Source: Hypanus sabinus (Eukaryota). From it: DNA of 64,000 bases. Below are positions 37,611 through 50,553 of the stretch, piece after piece (positions within the stretch are counted from its first letter, which is position 1; every line of letters begins with the position of its first letter). The translations under genes were made by a program, and so were the position numbers. A model generated the notes under the pieces. The model saw nothing but the letters and a program-made list of their open reading frames with translations, searched no databases and was not told where the DNA came from. The stretch covers positions 79,732,001 through 79,796,000 of the forward strand of contig NC_082720.1 in the NCBI RefSeq assembly GCF_030144855.1, read 5' to 3'.

Positions 37611-40600
37611 AAATTGGGATGAGAGTTGATTTTGCTTGTTCTCTGTGGTCGCCATCTCCATGCCACAAAAATTATGAAGACTGCCCCAGCTGCTGTGCTC
37701 TGTAATATGATGAACTGTTAAGCAAGGCTTTGGGCATAGTCTGGGCTGCTTCAGGGTTCAGATCTGAGGACTCTGTTTTGGTTTGGAATGCTGCTGTTGT
37801 TCGCTTCAATTGCTTGCATGATTTTCAAAAAACTTTCTTTTCTCTTGTGCATTGAGTGTTGGTCTTTTATTTTTGTTCCTTTTTTCTTTAATTGGGTTCT
37901 TTTGGGTTTCTTGCTTTGTGGCTACATGTGAGCTAGCAAATCTCAAGTTGTATAATTTATACATTCTTTGATAATAAATGAATCTTGAAGATATTTGCAA
38001 CTTTGCTAATCTGAATAAAGAATCAATTGTGATGTTAGAATCTTAAGATGTATGAACTATAAAATGGTTACATGGCTTGCATTGAACAGTTTAAATCTTT
38101 TTCGTTATGAATAACACTGCTAATGTTCTTTATAATTAAGAAATCAGAATTGTGGCGCAAGTCTGTTGGCACATTTTGAAAATTGAATTTTCTACTGGAA
38201 GTATTTTTACAATGATTTTGTAAATTTGACTGATAAAAGTATAAGATTAGCATTCTGTGTGCTCATGCTGTATTGGTATTCATTTTGAGATGACTGTACA
38301 GAGATGAGATCTAAGTTGTATGCTATTCCAGTGTGTAACAAATGTTGAATTTTAGGTACCTGGTGCTGAATATGCAGGAGGTTGTTACAATGTTGATCAG
38401 TAATTCACCTCAAACTTCCATCACACTTACATAGGTTTATTGTTTCTCTGAATATACTTAGAGGATTAGAGTTTCATTCTTCAAAGCTGGAAAATTTGAT
38501 TATGAAATGTACACTTTATACATTTCCTTATCTGCCTATTTCATTTTATGAAATGAAGTATAGTACAGACCTGGATCATATAAAGTGAACATCCTTAGAA
38601 GGCATTCTTACAAGAGGCAGTCTTGGTGGAATAGTTCATAAATAATTAGAGTGTTGCATAAAAAATGCAAATCTTGGAAATGTTATCATTAACACTAGAG
38701 AAATGAAAGATGTTTTATCTTACTAGGGACACATTTTATTTAAATGTGTAGAATTGGTTGCCTTTATAGTAACTTAAGCAGAGTAATTTGATGATGATAT
38801 TGCTGCAGTCTTTTGAGGTGTCCTCAGTCACTCATTTCTCAAGAATACATAGGACAAGGGTTATATCTGCTCAGTTGATTATGAGTGTTGTGCGAGGTAT
38901 GAAGTCTCAATCTTCAAACACTATTTCTCATACAAGCTTATTGATGGCAATGGTAAATTTCATCTTTGATTTTTGTATCCACTCAAAAATGATTTATCGA
39001 GCATGTTAAGTGGTCTGTGTTTTCCTTTGTCTTACTGTGAACCTTATTTGAGGTGGTTGGTACAGATTAGTAGGTGTTTGATTTGTGGATGTCAGAGGCT
39101 TTTTGTTGATTATTGCATTTATTAATATACCATGCCTTTGTTTCCCTCCCTCTCTCCTGCTGTTATCCTTAGTTATGTACCATTCTGCTCTTGTAACTTC
39201 AGTTAGGGAAAAAAATTATAGGGAGAGTGGTTTCTCTCACCCAATCCTATGAATAATGCTTCACAAACTGATTTTTCACTAATTATGTGTATCAGCGCAG
39301 TACAGAAATGTTCAGTGTCCTTGGTCATCATTTAATTTGGATCAGAACTTTTGAAAGCATGACTCACGTTGTAGCAGGTATATGGAATGAGCTATCTAGG
39401 AAAGTGATAGAGGTGAGTATATTTATTATGGTTAAAAGGGATGGATGGGTGCATCGATAAGAAATATTCAGAGGGATACAGGCTAAATGCAGACATATGG
39501 GACTAGCTTAGAAAGACCTTGGTTGATATGGATGTATAGGTCTGAAAGTCGTGTTTCTATTCTGTATAAAATTAATGACATTTTATCAGTAATAACAGAT
39601 TAAAACACAAAGTAACTAGACTTCAAACATGTTTAATGAAAATAAAATATAAAATATCTTGTATGTCTCTTATGATTGAGCTTCTCAGGATAACGTTATC
39701 CTATATTAAACTGTAGAAAGTATTTTACATGTTCATTTGCAGCTGAATAATATGGAGCAGGGACATTGCAATGAAAGGATATTAGCTTCCCTCAGATCTG
39801 CTCAGCCGTTCTTGTCATCATTGCCTTTCACCCCTTCAACAAATTCTTTCTTTGTCATTAATTTCATTGCTATCACTAGTGGTAGTCAGAAGTTAAATAT
39901 TTCAATATTGCTACCAAATTTTGCTGCATGATTACTTTTAACTTGTTTGTGATAGGCTATTTTAACTCGGTAATATCAGTGACTTTGTTCCTTGTTTGGC
40001 TTATCTACTGATGAAACACTCGTCCATGCCTTCGTTACCTCTAGACTTTGGCTACTCCTGGCTGGTACTTCACACTTTATCTTTAGTAAACCTGCCATTT
40101 AAACTTGGTTGTTTTGTCCTAACTTCTACCTAATTTGCATCACACCTGTGTTCATAGCCTTTACTGGGATACAAATAAAGACTTGCTTTCCAACTTTTTG
40201 ATTTATGGTTCCTCCACAGCTTAGTCAGTCACTGTCACTCCCTCTCGCTCTCGCTCTCCCTCCCTCTCACACACTCTCTTTCTATAATCTCCCTCAGTCC
40301 TACTAATCATCTACCTTTTTGAATCTCTGATCTTGTGTACTCCACTATTGACCATCATAGCTTCAATCATTAACATGCATCCTATTCACTTACATTTGTC
40401 TTCGTCAGATGCTATATTTGATGATTTAATCAGTCTTATGTTGAATGTTGCTTTCATTGAGAGAGCTGCTTGAGAAGGTTAAAATCCAAGCTAACAATGG
40501 TCTATCTGAACCTGACCCAGGCCAGAGTTCTAATTTTTTCCTTTTTCTTATTTAACCCAAATATTGCTTTAATGTACAATTATTGATTTATTCACTTGGA

Positions 40601-40892
40601 AATAAATCATAGAAGGTGTGCAGTATTGCTAACCAAAACATTTAAATGTGGATAAAATACATATTTAAATACTGGAACAGTCCAATCCAATGTGGATCAC
40701 TTTATCCAAATGTTTATTTGGCCCTGAACTCAACAATTTGGGTTGCCAGATTATCCCATCTCTCAGCCACTTGATGGTGCTGCTTCTCTTGTATTGATGC
40801 TTAATGAATCACAATATGGCAGAGAGGATTAGTATTTGATTATTAGAGCTGAGGTGATGGATGGCTCCATCATTCACACCCATAATCTAGAA

Positions 40893-41255
40893 CATAGGTG
40901 TCAAACTCAAGGCCCGCGGGCCATATCTGGCCCGGCGTACAATTATATCCGGCCCGCGAGATCATTTTAGATAGATCTATTATTTTAATTATTAATGGCC
41001 CAGCGATATGAAGCCTATGATTGTAAGTTAATACCAATCATAAAAATAATGCTTGCTCAGCTGTCTTCTTCATAAGAAACGGAATTTGTGAAGTGAAACA
41101 CTTGGTAGTTATAGCAGAGACTGAGACACATGAGAACAGGCTGAAAAAGCGGAGGCAGTGAAAGCTGCGTTCGCATGCGCCCGACTGATCCGGCCCGCAT
41201 GAAGCTGCATTTTGCCCAATCCGGCCCGTGACCTAAAATGAGTTTGACACCCCTG
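40893..41255. mobile_element. hAT (Charlie/Buster-type) MITE, 363 bp
   Basis: TIRs CATAGGTGTCAAACTC / GAGTTTGACACCCCTG; perfect 8-bp TSD ATCTAGAA (40885-40892, 41256-41263); subterminal GGCCC repeats. Confidence 0.93.
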
Positions 41256-42369
41256 ATCTAGAATATTGGTGACAGGAGCAATGTGCTATAACTTTGGAGA
41301 GGTGCAGGGCAGGCCATGAGCAAAGCTTAGGTTATCAAAAGAAAAATTAAAAGCCTTACTGAGATTAAGACAGGAAAAATTGAGTGAGAAAAGAAACTGA
41401 TAATCAAGGATTGGGAACCGGGGGATTTGAATGCCAGAGAGAAAAGACTGAACAACTCCTTGATATTGTTTCAACTAGACCAGACATACTCAATCTTTTT
41501 GCCCTGAAGGGACCCTTGAAATAATTCTCAGTTCTCAGGGAGCCCCTGCATAATAAGTAATATATCTATAGCTCACGGTACGTTAGCATGATGAGTAAGT
41601 AGTTGATGTAATAATCTTAAAAATAATTGTTAATGCTCTTTTGAGTAGATAGTGAATTTTTAGCTAACTTTTCTTGGGGAAAAAACAGGTAGTTAAGTTT
41701 AGCTTATCTTTATTGAAATTAATCTTTCTTTCCCTTTCATAAATTTTAAAAATGTGTAATGCAAACATAATAAATTTCTGTTAAATAACTGGCTTATAGC
41801 TGAAATGCAATTTGATTTTTCTAAAGGTTGGCTTGGTAGATTTAATTTAAATAGAAGTTGCAAATTGATTTTAGTTAAAAGCTATACTGTTTATGTTGAG
41901 ATTTCTACAGCCATTTAAAATAATCAGCACTTTTTCATGTCATATGGCTGTGACGTAGTTAAGTTTGCTGAAGCCATTGCTGCATTTGTAAGTTGCTTGC
42001 CACAGATTAAGCACAATGAAATAGGGGTTAATAAAATGTACAAAAGAACGGCATGATAAATAACTAAATGAGAAAACCAAAAAAAAAATGAACACTTCCC
42101 AATGCAATTCACTTATAACCAACACCATCCACCATTTGTGACAACAGCAAAGTGGCAGGCCAGCAGCTGAGTCATGGCTGGTAAAAATTCCTTCTTTAGA
42201 ATGAAAATTTCCCTCCAAATTTCTACTATACTGGTAGAGCTTGTTTGCTCCCATAAGTCAGTCAGCTGCGCTTAAGGGGAAGTTGGGAAAGGTAATTCGG
42301 AAGGGAGAGGCTGATGTCACAGCGCAAATTGGATGAGTCCATTCAATGCTCAGAAAACACAATTCACAC

Positions 42370-44066
42370 TCCTCATCAGCCAACCATCCTTCCGTCTGTG
42401 CAATACAGTGTTCAGCATCAGCCTACCGTCCTCCCCTCTGTGCAATACAGCGCTCACCATCAGCCTACCGTCCTCCCTTCTGTGCAATACAGCGCTCACC
42501 ATCAGCCTACCGTCCTCCCCTCTGAGCAATATAGCGCTCACCATCAGCCTACCGTCCTCCCCTCTGTGCAATATAGCGCTCACCATCAGCCTACCGTCCT
42601 CCCCTCTGTGCAATACAGCACTCACCATCAGCCTACCGTCCTCCCCTGTGAAATACAGTGCTCACCGTCAGCCTACCGTCCTCCCCTCTGTGCAATACAG
42701 CGCTCACCATCAGCCTACCGTCCTCCCCTCTGTGCAATACAGCGCTCACCATCAACCTACCGTCCTCCCCTCTGTGCAATACAGCGCTCACCATCTGCCT
42801 ACCGTCCTCCACTCTGTGCAATACAGCATTCACCATCAGCCTACCGTCCTCCACTCTGTGCAATACAGCACTCACCATCAGCCTACCATCCTCCCCTGTG
42901 AAATACAGCACTCACCATCAGCCTACCGTCCTCCCCTCTGTGCAATACAGCGCTCACCATCAGCCTACTGTCCTCCCCTCTGTGAAATACAGCGCTCACC
43001 ATCAGCCTACCGTCCTCCCCTCTGTGCAATACAGCGCTCACCATCAGCCTACCGTCCTCCCCTCTGTGCAATACAGCATTCACCATCAGCCTACCGTCCT
43101 CCCCTCTGTGCAATACAGCACTCACCATCAGCCTACTGTCCTTCCATCTGTGTAATACAGTGTTCACCAGAGCTCACCATCAGCCTACCGTCCTCCCCTC
43201 TGTGCAATACAGTGCTCACCATCAGCCTACCGTCCTCCCCTCTGTGCAATACAGCATTCACCATCAGCCTACCGTCCTCCCCTCTGTGCAATACAGCGCT
43301 CACCATCAGCCTATCGTCCTCCCCTCTGTGCAATACAGCGCTCACCATCAGCCTACTGTCCTCCCTTCTGTGCAATACAGCACTCACCATCAGCCTACCG
43401 TCCTCCCCTCTGTGCAATACAGCGCTCACCATCAGCCTACCGTCCTCCCCTCTGTGCAATACAGCATTCACCATCAGCCTACCGTCCTCCCCTCTGTGCA
43501 ATATAGCGCTCACCATCAGCCTACCGTCCTCCCCTCTGTGCAATACAGCGCTCACCATCAGCCTACCGTCCTCCCCTCTGTGCAATACAGCGCTCACCAT
43601 CAGCCTATCGTCCTCCCCTCTGTGCAATACAGCGCTCACCATCAGCCTACTGTCCTCCCTTCTGTGCAATACAGCACTCACCATCAGCCTACCGTCCTCC
43701 CCTGTGAAATACAGCGCTCACCATCAGCCTACCATCCTCCCCTCTGTGCAATACAGCGCTCACCATCAGCCTACTGTCCTCCCCTCTGTGCAATACAGCG
43801 CTCACCATCAGCCTACCGTCCTCCCCTCTGTGCAATACAGCGCTCACCATCAGCCTACCGTCCTCCCCTCTGTGCAATACAGCGCTCACCATCAACCTAC
43901 CGTCCTCCGCCTTGAAATACAGCACTCACCATCAGCCTACCGTCCTCCCCTCTGTGTAATACAGCACTCACCATCAGCCTACTGTCCTTCCGTCTGTGTA
44001 ATACAGTGTTCACCAGATCTCACCATCAGCCTACCGTCCTCCCCTCTGTGCAATACAGTGCTCACC
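42370..44066 (+). repeat. 42-bp minisatellite, about 40 copies
   Basis: Unit CTCACCATCAGCCTACCGTCCTCCCCTCTGTGCAATACAGCG with occasional 40-bp variants; explains all ORFs at 42314-44189. Confidence 0.97.
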
Positions 44067-45024
44067 GATGATCAAAGGCCTTCCTATCTCATGTCAAAAA
44101 CTGAGAATAAACATGGTCCTACTGTTCTTAGTGGTAAAGAAATAGTCGATGTTTCAGATCAAGATCCTGCATTGGGACTGGTAGTGTAAAAGACAGATAG
44201 CCAGTATAAAGATGTTAGGGTGTGGGGAGATATGGGAGTTGGCTTGCAATAGAAGGCTCAAGATAAGGAGTGGTTAATGGCCAGATGGAGCCAGGTAGGG
44301 CAGGGATGTAAGGAGATTGCAACAGCTGCTGGAAGATGGAAATGGGGACAATAAAATGCTGCAGATTATGGACTCCAATTAGTGGGTAGAATGTTTGAGA
44401 AATAAGCTGATGAAATCTCATAAGGGAGGTTAAAAACCTTATAGATGAAACTTTTACTGAGGTGGTCACACCTAGAGTGCTGGCTTCAGATAGTACATAG
44501 GTATCTACCAGGAGATGCAAGTGGAGTACGCTGTTAGTGCAGGTTTCCCCTCTGGCTGTTCTTCTCAGCAACAAGTATATCCCTTTGCAGGCTGCTAGTG
44601 GGCGGGGGGGGTGGAATGACTTATCAGTACATAGCAGCAGTAGCTAAGTCAATGGCACTGAGGCTCAGCAGGGAAGGGTGAGTTCAGGCAGAGCATTAGT
44701 GATTCTCCAATCACTAGATAGTTAGGGGGATGGTCAGGAGACTCTATTGTCATGGAAGAGTGGCCAAGATTATCTGTTGTCTCCCAGGTGCTAAGGTCCA
44801 GGATGTCTCAGGGTGGCTGCAGAAGATTCTCAAGAGGTAAGTGAGCAGCCAGAGGTCATGGTGATATTGGCACCAATGACATAGGTAGAAATGGGGAAGA
44901 GATCATATGCTGTGAATAAGGCAGTTAGGAAAGAAGCTGAAGAATAGTAATCTCTGGATTACTCCCAGTGCCATGTGTTAATTGAGACAGTAATAGAATG
45001 ATAGTGCAGATGAATAATTGGCTA

Positions 45025-45183
45025 AGTTAGATATGGCCCTTGTGGCTAAAGGGATCAGGGGGTATGGAGAGAAAGCAGGTACAAGGTTCTGAGTTGGATG
45101 ATCAGCCATGATCATACTGAATGGCGATGCAGGCTTAAAGGGCCGAATGGCTTACTCCTGCCCCTATTTTCTATGTTTCTATG
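45025..45183 (+). mobile_element. Short CR1 3' end inserted into CR1-A ORF1
   Basis: GATCAGCCATGATC...GGGCCGAATGG..TACTCCTG..TTTCTATGTTTCTATG tail. Confidence 0.75.
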
Positions 45184-45370
45184 AACTAGTACAGAGGGCA
45201 GGGTTTCACGTTCTGAGATAGTCGGAACTTTTTTCTGGAACAAGAATGATATGTATACAAGGGACATGTTGCACCTAAACTGGAGGGGAGCAATATCCTA
45301 GCTGGGAGGTTAGCTAGTGTTATTCAGGAGGGTTTAAACTAGTTTAGGGGATGTGAACCTGAACACAAGG

Positions 45371-46254
45371 TGTTACGGATTCAGCAACAATAAATATATA
45401 AGTGAGGCAGGGTTTTTTTAATATAACAAATAAAACATTTATTAAACACTGAAAAACAAAGCCCCCCCAAAAGTAAATAAACAACTAACGTAACCGGAGA
45501 TCAGCTGCTGTGCAGCAGCTTAAACAGTTCTTAAAGGAATAAAGCAAAAACAGTTCTTAAAGCGATGTTGCAGAAACAGTTCTTCAAAGTAGTACTGCAA
45601 AAGTTTAAAATGTTTACAGTCCATTAAAGGAGAGACTTTTTAGACTATTTAAATTCTCTTTCACGTCATGTTGTTGCAGTTCCCAGTCGAACTATACTTT
45701 TCCCAGAGAATTTATGAAGATGAAAATGAAATGGCTTAAAGGCACTGACCTTTCCTTGACAAAACTGGACCCAACCCTTTCTGCGATTATTTGCAGGGGT
45801 TACCACGGGCACAGCCAATGAACTCCTTCTGAATGAGGATCAAACAAGGTCGAACCTGTTTCACTGTCGAAATCGACTTTCCTCGATCTTTTAGCTCCCA
45901 AACTTCGATCTTCACTCTCCACTGATTTTTAACTGGCAGTATTATAAAGAAACTGCCGGCAATGACCTTTTAAACTTTAGGCATTAAGTAAAACTCCACC
46001 TTTCAAACAAACTGCGTCATAATATTGGATCACGCAGTGGCATGGAGTCAAAATGGCAAATCCAACCATGAACTGCCCCTCCTCACAGAGAGGGGTCCTC
46101 CTTTTATACCCTGTTTTAAAAAAAACCTGTCACATGACCTCTACTAGCGGGAAAATGACGTCACTCCACCATCACAAGACCACTACCTTAAGTCCAGTAT
46201 AGCTTCAACTCCACTGTCACGTGACAAGTACAAGATACCCACGGGTACGTAACG
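45371..46254 (-). mobile_element. Solo LTR (about 884 bp)
   Basis: Termini TGTTACG...CGTAAC(G); on the minus strand a TATAAAA (46102-46108) lies upstream of an AATAAA (about 45438-45443); interrupts CR1-A. TSD unclear. Confidence 0.75.
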
Positions 46255-48394
46255 GGGTCAGAAAGTGGAGGGATGGATAGAAGGTAAACGCAAGGGGCCA
46301 GTAAAAACAGGAGCAAAGTAATCAATATTATGAGACAGTTTGATGTGTGTGCATTTTAATGCTAGGAATATTATGGGTAAAGTTAATCAACTTAGAGCAT
46401 GGATCGGTACATGGAACTATGATATACAGAGACTTAGTTGAGAGAGGGACAGGAATAGATGCTTAATGTCACAGGGTTTCAATGTTTTAGGAAAGATAGA
46501 GAGGGTGGTAAAAGAGGTAGAGGACTTGCACAACTACTCAGACAATATCAGAGCTGCACTTAGGGGACATAATGGAGAGCTTGTTCACTGAGTTTTTATG
46601 GGTAGAATTCAAAAATAGGAAGGGTGCAATCTCTCTGATGGGATTGTACTACAGACACTCCCCCCCCCCCAGCAACCAATAACCTGGGACACTGAGGAAC
46701 TCATATACAGATAGATTAAGGATAGGTGTAAATACAATAGGGTTTGATCAAGGGATGATTGCACAAGCACATGGACGTCAGCGAGTTCAACCAGCGCAAA
46801 GAGTTTAAAAGGAGACAGCTTTATAGCGTGGGCGCCAGAGGAGGAGGAGTCAGAGTAGGAGGGCTTTGGCTCAACAGGACTTTGGTGATAATGGGCTGAG
46901 GTGAGGTAGGTTTCCTGTGAAGAATAGAAACAGGAAGTATGTCTGTGAGGCTGATGTCCCAGCCTCCTAGAAGGCCACATCTACAACAGGTGCATCGAGC
47001 TGCAGCTCCTTAGGGACCGTGTTCGCGAAATTGAGATGCAGCTTGATGACCTTTGTCTGGTCAGGAAAAGTGAGGAGGTGATAGAGAGGAGCTATAGCCA
47101 AGTAGTCACACCAGGGCCTTGAGAGATAGATAGATGGGTAATAGTCAGGAGAGGGAAGGGTAAGAGTTAGATACTAGAGGCTGTGGCTGTCCCCCTTAAC
47201 AATAAGTACTCCTGTTTGAGTACTGTTGGAGGGGACGGCCTACTTGGAAACAACAGTGGCTGCACCTCTGGCACAGAGACTCAGAAGGGTAGGGAGAGGA
47301 AGAAGGCAGCAGTAATAGGGGACTCTAGTTAGGGGAGGAAGACATAAAATTCTGTGGATGCAGGAAAGAAACACGGATGGTAGTTTGCCTCCCAGGTGCC
47401 AGGATCTGGGATGTTTCTGATTGAGTCCACGATATCCTGAAGTGGGAAGGTGAACAGCCAGAAGTCGTGGTACATATTGGTACCAACAACATAGGTAGAA
47501 AAAGGGAGGATGTCCTGAAAACAGGGAGTTAGGAAGAAAGCTGAGAAGCAGGACCTCAAAGGTAGTAATCTCAGGATTACTGCCTGTGCCACGTGACGGT
47601 GAGTATAGGAATAGAGTGAGGTGGAGGATAAATGTGTGGCTGAGGGATTGGAGCAGGGGGCAAGAATTCATATTTCTGGATCACTGGAATCTCTTTTGGG
47701 GCAGACGTGACCTGTACAAAAAGGACGGGTTACACTTGAATCTGAGGGGGATCAACAGCCTGGCAGTGAGATTTTTGAAGGCTATTGGGGAGGGTTTAAA
47801 CTAGAATTACTGGAGGGTGGGAACCAAACTGAAGAGATGGAGGAAGGGGCAGTTGGCTCACAAATAGAGAAAGCTTGGAGACAGTGCAAGAGGGAGGATA
47901 GGCAGGTAATAGAGAAGGGATGCACTCAGACTGATGTTTTGAGGTGTGTCTATTTTAATGCAAGAAGCATCATGAACAAAGCAGATGAACTTAGAGCGTG
48001 GATCAGTACTTGGAGTTATGATGTTGTGGCCATTGCAGAGACTTGGATGGCTCAAGGGCAGGAATGGTTACTTTGAGTTCCAGGCTTTAGATATTTCAGA
48101 AAGGACAGGGAAGGAGGCAAAAGAGGTGGGGGCATGGCACTCTTGATCAGTTATAGTGTCACGGCTGCAGAAAAGGAAAAAGTCATGGAGAAATGTCTAC
48201 TGAGTTTCTGTGGGTGGAAGTTAGAAACAGGAAGAGGTAAATAACTCTACTGCGTGTTGTCTATAGACCACCCAGTAGTAACAGGGACATTGAGGAGCAG
48301 ATAGGGAGACAGAATCTGTAAAGGTATAATAATAACAGGGTTGTCGGGGTGGGAGATTTAAATTTCCCAAATATTGATTGGCATCTCCCTAGAG

Positions 48395-49980
48395 CGGGGG
48401 TCGGCAACCTGCGGCTCCCGAGCCATTTGTGGCTCTTTCACCTCTGTGCTGCGGCTCCCTGTGGCTTTGGGAAATAATTGGTCAGTATTTAATTAAAATG
48501 TATTTTATGTTAGTTTGTTAGCTTTTGAAATGTAATTATGGTGATCTTGTACAACCTAAGTGTAGCGACACATTTCCTGCCACATCCGAAACGGCTCACA
48601 ATTAGCCAGCATTCCGGCTAAGGGAGATAGCCTACGGGGGTTTGTGAGTACGCGTCTTTTGCAGCATCTGCGTCCATGGGGGCTGGGTTGAGGGAGGCTT
48701 AAAAGCAAGGCTGTTTAGTTCGAATAAAGCTATCTTTGACTGCAGTTTACTAACACCGCTACAACGTGTTTTTATCGCTGGCTGTCCAGACGGAAGGTGC
48801 TGAAACGCTTTGTCGCGTGTCTGGAAGAAGTGAAAACTTTCCTGGGCAGCAAAGGGCTCACCTTTCCTGAGCTGGAACAGCCAGAGTGGCTGGAAAAGCT
48901 ACACTTCATGGTAGACATGACAGCGCACCTGAACACGCTGAACACAGCTCTTCAGGGGAAAGGACGTACAGCCCTGCACATGTTGGAGGATGTTTTGGCA
49001 TTCGAGCGCAAGTTGACAGTGCTTGCCAGAGATTTACAGAAAGGCACTTTGTCTCACTTCCCCAATTTGAGAGAGTTCAAACAAGGTCACGACATGATAA
49101 TTTCGGAGTATTTACATTCTGCAATCATCGCAATGCAAACATCGTTTGGGAAACGCTTCTGTGAGTTCAGAGAGGAAAAAAACACATTATCCTTCCCGGT
49201 CACTCCCTTAAGCATCGATCCTTCCCTACTGAATACGACTGCATTGGCAGGTGTGAGTCAACCTGATCTTGAGATGGAACTGGCCGACATAGCCGACAAA
49301 GACATATGGGTGTCCAAGTTTAGACGCTTGACAGCAGACCTTGAAGATGTTGCCCGTCAGAAGGCCGTTCTTGCTCAGAAACACAAATGGAGTGATATTG
49401 AAAACCTCACAGATGACAGCTTGCGATCCTGTGTAAAGATGAAGGTGACATCATACAGCCCTGATGTGCAGACGCTGTGCGCTGAGGTCCAGGAGCAGAA
49501 ATCCCATTAACCAAGTATGATAAATATTTTAATTGCCTATTATTTTACTTATATTCATATTTTTTCATTGTTCAGTGAAATAGTCCTTTCATTTTTCAGG
49601 ATGACAGCTGGCTGACGTTATTTTTGGTTTGCTGCTGGCGGAAAATTTAAGTTCGGCGTTTTTCATAAATACAAGAAGGACTCAAATAGACATTGAATAT
49701 TTTACTTAAAAGTAACTTTCAACCCAACGTCTTTTTTTCGGAGTTCAAAATGTTTTTGTTGCATGCAGAAATGTAATTTCGTTTTCTCTGCAGGAGTTCA
49801 TCAATTTCATAAATGCAACACATTATAGTTTGTTTATACATAGCATAAAGGCAAAAAAAACGTTGTATGCAGTGTTATTTCATTTTAAATGTCAAACGGG
49901 TTTTGCGGCTCCCAGTGTTTTCTTTTCTGTGGGAAACGGGTCCAAGTGGCTCTTTCAGTGGTAAAGGTTGCTGACCCCTG
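48395..49980 (+). mobile_element. Internally deleted hAT (Buster/Charlie, GTF2IRD2-like) transposon
   Basis: TIRs CGGGGGTCGGCAACCT / AGGTTGCTGACCCCTG; perfect 8-bp TSD CCCTAGAG; uninterrupted transposase remnant RWLSR.KVLKRF...LNTLNTALQG...QKSH (about 48776-49510). Confidence 0.94.
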
Positions 49981-50553
49981 CCCTAGAGCAAGGGGTTCAG
50001 ATGGGGTGGAGTTTGTTAGGTGTGTTCAGGATGGTTTCCTGACACAATACATAGATAGGCCTACAAGTGGAGAGGCTGTACTTGATCTGGTATTGGGAAA
50101 TGAACCTGGTCAGGTGTCAGGTCTCTCAGTGGGAGAGCATTTTGGAGATAGTGATCACAATTCTATCTCCTTTACCATAGCATTGGAGAAGGAAAGGAAC
50201 AGACAAGTTAGGAAAGTGTTTAATTGGAGTAAGAGCTGTCAGGCAGGAACTTGGAAGTATAATTTGGGAACAGATGTTCTCATGGAAATGTACAGCAGAA
50301 ATGTGGCAAATGTCCAGGGGATACTTGTATGGCGTTCTGCATAGGTACATTCCAATGAAACAGGGAAAGGAAGGTAGGGTGTGCGAACCGTGGTGTACAA
50401 AGGCTGTTGAAAATCTCATCGAGAACAAAAGAAAAGCTTCCAGAAGGATCAAAAAACTAGGTAATGATAGAGATGTAGAAGATTATAGGGCCAGCAGGAA
50501 GGAGTTTAAGAATAAAATTAGGAGAGTCAGAAGGGCCATAAGAAAGCCTTGGC

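Larger units (their letters stand above)
44430..46744 (+). mobile_element. Outer CR1 (CR1-A) 5' part: esterase-type ORF1 and start of the endonuclease
   Basis: Degenerate PGA, GTND and LHLN ORF1 motifs; FNAR..DYIT endonuclease start; broken at 46744 by CR1-B. Confidence 0.75.

Noticed and set aside
42314-44189. 618-aa and other long ORFs, and a CRISPR-like appearance
   Set aside because: Products of a stop-free 42-bp tandem repeat; no unique spacers, no cas genes, eukaryotic intron.
48797-49510. Domesticated GTF2IRD2/ZBED-like host gene
   Set aside because: Lies between TIRs with a TSD inside a LINE; N-terminally and internally deleted; no ATG at the annotated start.
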